Shown here piece by piece: positions 30,601-32,403 of a stretch of DNA of 32,403 nucleotides. Location of the stretch: assembly GCF_001194135.2 (NCBI RefSeq), contig NC_069000.1, forward strand, positions 1,303,316 to 1,335,718, read 5' to 3'. The position numbers and the translations under genes are program-made. The notes below the pieces were generated by a model. It saw nothing but the letters and a program-made list of their open reading frames with translations. It did no database searches and had not been told where the DNA came from. Numbering within the stretch: the first letter of the stretch is position 1; every line of letters starts with the position of its first letter. Source of the DNA: Octopus bimaculoides (Eukaryota).

Positions 30601-32080
30601 ACATCATCTCTATGTTCAATTCGATGGTCATCCTTCTTATAAGCCAATCACTTAAGCGACTTCTTGGCCCCTTCTAGCATCTTTACATTGTTTACAATAT
30701 GAACACAATAAGTAACGGTTGCCCGACGGCCAGCCTTTTGTTTCGGAATACCAACTGACCAATGGTATCCTCCAACAGTCCGGTCTAGTCCTACTCCAGA
30801 CCAGCTGTCATTTCAGGTATACAACCTTCTTATAATAATTAGTCTAACGAGCAGAACGACTGCCCTCCGGGCGCTTTTCTGCCGGCCTCTTCATATTTTC
30901 ACATTTGATTTCCCAATTCTAATAATTTTTATATTTTACGTCGAATTATTTCTTTGCATAATAATAATACTCACTTGCTTAGAAAGTATTGCGGAAAAGA
31001 ATTTTTTGTGAGGGGTTGGAGAGAGGAGTTTCAGAAAACTTTCATAACTTTCACGAAGATGGGCATCTTTTAATGAAAATTTATANNNNNNNNNNNNNNN
31101 NNNNNNNNNNNNNNNNNNNNNNNNNNNNNNNNNNNNNNNNNNNNNNNNNNNNNNNNNNNNNNNNNNNNNNNNNNNNNNNNNNNNNNNNNNNNNNNNNNNN
31201 NNNNNNNNNNNNNNNNNNNNNNNNNNNNNNNNNNNNNNNNNNNNNNGTTAATATTTTCAGAGGGAAAAGCGAGTGATTTAAGGACGATTTGGCTGTTTCT
31301 TCTAGCACATCCAAAAACAATCCTCTTCGTTTCTTTATCACTCTCACATGTATTGATTTTTTTCAATATTTTTTCCCCATAAATACATTTATATGCTATA
31401 AAAAGAAAAAATTTAGAAATTATGAATTTTTTACAACCCCAAGCTGTTTCTGTTTAGAAATTAAAATACTGGAGAGCCTGAGAAGGTCATTGCTGGCATT
31501 TATCCACAGTGACTTTTAAAAATTACAGAGATGTACTTGCATAGCAAGTGACTTGATCTGAGATTGTGTGCTGAAACATAAACAGTTGCAGCATGGAAGA
31601 TGTTTGTGAGCCATTCAAGAACACACAAATACTCCATTATAGTATAGATGCATACAATACCAATTATAGTAAAGTATAGCGAACTGTTATTACTTAGTTC
31701 TTAACTAAGGTTATTTCTAATTATTATTATTTTATTCTTTTTACACTTTATTTTTCGATTTTACCTAATTACTCTTTTTATATATCTATCCCACACCTTT
31801 TCCCCACACACCCCATATATAGGAATATACCAATTAATATTGTAACTACTCCTTATTCTATTTATAATTTCCAGTCGGTCATAAGATTCACAGAAGGTCA
31901 GCATGTAACCCAAATTGATTATAACCGTCCTTACTTTCTCCTTCTTTCTCCTCTTTTTCTTTTTGCTTATATTCTATTTTTCCACTCTGATGAGGTTCTC
32001 TGATTCAATTTGTTATAACTACCTACAATGATAACTATCCTTACCATCATTGCAGCCACTGGTGCAAAGAACCACGACAA
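24638..32080 (-). CDS. F-type lectin (FTP) + 2 EGF-like + TM type I membrane protein: complement join(32045..32080,29776..30030,29365..29547,28094..28237,26732..26866,26077..26167,24778..24831,24638..24692); 5'-partial, about 317 aa
   Basis: All exons have canonical splice sites and phases chain 1-1-1-1-1-2-2. FTP motifs NVAxGK, SIDG, PFWxVxL, IxIYN, RLxGF, LTLCEVEV; two 8-Cys MEGF/SCARF-type modules; hydrophobic helix followed by RRR. The outermost exons are less certain. Confidence 0.85.
24778..24831 (-). CDS. Juxtamembrane exon (RRRQQQQQTKPNRVQGP)
   Basis: gctttcag|G acceptor, CT|gtaagt donor; phase 2-2; basic stop-transfer cluster follows the helix. Confidence 0.72.
25283..25660 (+). pseudogene. 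RTE-clade LINE ORF relic, downstream-of-RT region, interrupted by a SINE
   Basis: ELAKKVRTGWTAFDAIKRML...LFNSTVLPVLLYANETWA...QKAMERS[SINE]MLRISL*; matches the RTE-type GWxAF / LYxxETW / QxAMERxML pattern. Confidence 0.85.
25490..25606 (-). mobile_element. SINE family A, 5'-truncated, 16-bp TSD GGCCATGGAAAGATCC (25474..25489 and 25607..25622)
   Basis: Exact direct repeat; inserted in the RTE relic. Confidence 0.92.
26077..26167 (-). CDS. Transmembrane exon (TAPLDITLIITLTVLGVLLLVCVVIICCW)
   Basis: gtttttctttcag|AA acceptor, TG|gtaggt donor; more than 20 uncharged residues. Confidence 0.85.
26379..26671. mobile_element. hAT-type MITE, TIR CTGTGGTTC(T/C)CA, 8-bp TSD CTATGATA/TTATGATA
   Basis: Inverted termini read directly; flanks 26371..26378 and 26672..26679 match at 7/8; an 8-bp TSD is typical of hAT. 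Confidence 0.85.
26732..26866 (-). CDS. EGF-like exon 2 (CKSGTFGQNCSRQCNC...CPAGCPDGYELPDCQK)
   Basis: gtctttttcag|AA acceptor, G|gtaagg donor; 8 Cys. Confidence 0.93.
27562..27606 (+). repeat. 18-bp direct repeat TGTACTTACAGTGTGCTA, period 27
   Basis: Exact copies at 27562..27579 and 27589..27606, at the 5' edge of a SINE. Confidence 0.85.
27610..27981 (+). mobile_element. SINE family B, near full length, central TA/TG microsatellite
   Basis: CCTTGGGCAAATGTCTT, GACCAAAGCCTTGTG, GGATTTGGTAGA.GGAAACTGAA, CCCCGTAACTTAGC, AAACAAGTAAAAG. Confidence 0.88.
28094..28237 (-). CDS. EGF-like exon 1 (CLPGFYGVRCKEFCDLCYENRCNQFSGDCTDGCVSGYTWNETISLCE)
   Basis: ttcgtacag|AA acceptor, G|gtaagt donor; 8 Cys; not in the ORF track. 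Confidence 0.92.
28955..29092 (-). mobile_element. SINE family B 5' half
   Basis: Reverse complement of GTGGTTAAGAAG...GGGTTCAGTCCCACTG...TTGGGCAAGTGTCTTCT...GGATTTGGTAGATGGAA. Confidence 0.82.
29210..29330 (+). mobile_element. Highly degraded SINE family A-like copy
   Basis: TTCTAAGTTCAAATCC...AGGTCG...AAGTCGAAAT in family A order. Confidence 0.35.
29365..29547 (-). CDS. FTP domain, C-terminal half
   Basis: atttcttgcag|GA acceptor, C|gtaagt donor; SRLKGF...LTLCEVEVL. Confidence 0.92.
29776..30030 (-). CDS. FTP domain, N-terminal half
   Basis: tctgtttcag|AG acceptor, A|gtaagt donor; NVAKGKFA...SIDG...ACASS...PFWYVVL...IRIYNT. Confidence 0.92.
30489..30530 (+). repeat. 15-bp minisatellite TTAAATTAAATAAAG, about 2.7 copies
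   Basis: Read directly. Confidence 0.85.
32045..32080 (-). CDS. Probable signal-peptide exon (xVVVLCTSGCND)
   Basis: Acceptor ttgacttactgctgtttcag|, donor G|gtaagg, 36 nt, phase 1-1; joins in frame to ENVAKGK. The ATG exon would be further upstream, probably outside the window. Confidence 0.55.
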
Positions 32081-32200
32081 CTGAAACAGCAGTAAGTCAA
32101 AGTTGTGTCTTTTTGTAACTAATTAATGAATGGTAATTGATATGGAAAGCAATTATTATCAATTGTATCTCCATTTTCTGTTTGCCTTTATATATATATA

Positions 32201-32403
32201 TCATCATCATCATCATCATCGTTTAACGTCCGCTTTCCATGCTAGCATGGGTTGGACGATTTGACTGAGGACTGGTGAAACCGGATGGCAACACCAGGTT
32301 CCAGTCTGATTTGGCAGAGTTTCTACAGCTGGATGCCCTTCCTAACGCCAACCACTCAGAGAGTGTAGTGGGTGCTTTTACGTGTCACCCGCACGAAAAC
32401 GGC
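32201..32403 (-). mobile_element. Retroposon family C, least decayed copy, runs off the window
   Basis: (CAT)n CGTTTAACGTCCGCTTTCCATGCTAGCATGGGTTGGACG...; CpGs retained. Confidence 0.88.

Noticed and set aside
31987-32010. CTGATGAG as a second hammerhead core
   Set aside because: No GAAA after the candidate stem II.
32083-32174. ATG at 32172..32174 (minus strand) as the lectin start codon
   Set aside because: An in-frame TGA intervenes before the hydrophobic stretch; the acceptor at 32081 explains the exon better.
1-32403. CRISPR arrays, operons or other prokaryotic systems
   Set aside because: The window is spliceosomal-intron eukaryotic DNA; there is no regularly spaced repeat-spacer array.

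Overview
Eukaryotic, AT-rich, intron- and SINE-rich genomic DNA. The repeat families and gap style point to an octopus, probably Octopus bimaculoides or a close relative (inference from recalled repeat sequences, not a search). Two convergent spliced genes are present. (1) DNA topoisomerase IB (TOP1), + strand: 17 coding exons rebuilt by hand from 6960 to the stop at 19916, all with GT-AG boundaries and compatible phases (2627 nt, about 875 aa), catalytic pentad intact; the ATG-containing exon is unresolved (best candidate is a 9-nt micro-exon at 3466..3474). (2) A - strand type I membrane protein missed by the ORF track: probable signal-peptide exon, one F-type lectin (FTP) domain with a degenerate fucose site, two 8-Cys EGF-like modules, a transmembrane helix and a short Tyr-free tail (24638..32080). 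The rest is retroposons (tRNA-derived SINE families, RTE LINE relics), MITEs, a Helentron-like element, microsatellites and five N gaps. I found no clearly new biological system; the best leads are the unusual lectin receptor, a SINE insertion that duplicated a poly(A) hexamer, nested insertions with intact TSDs, and the unresolved TOP1 start.
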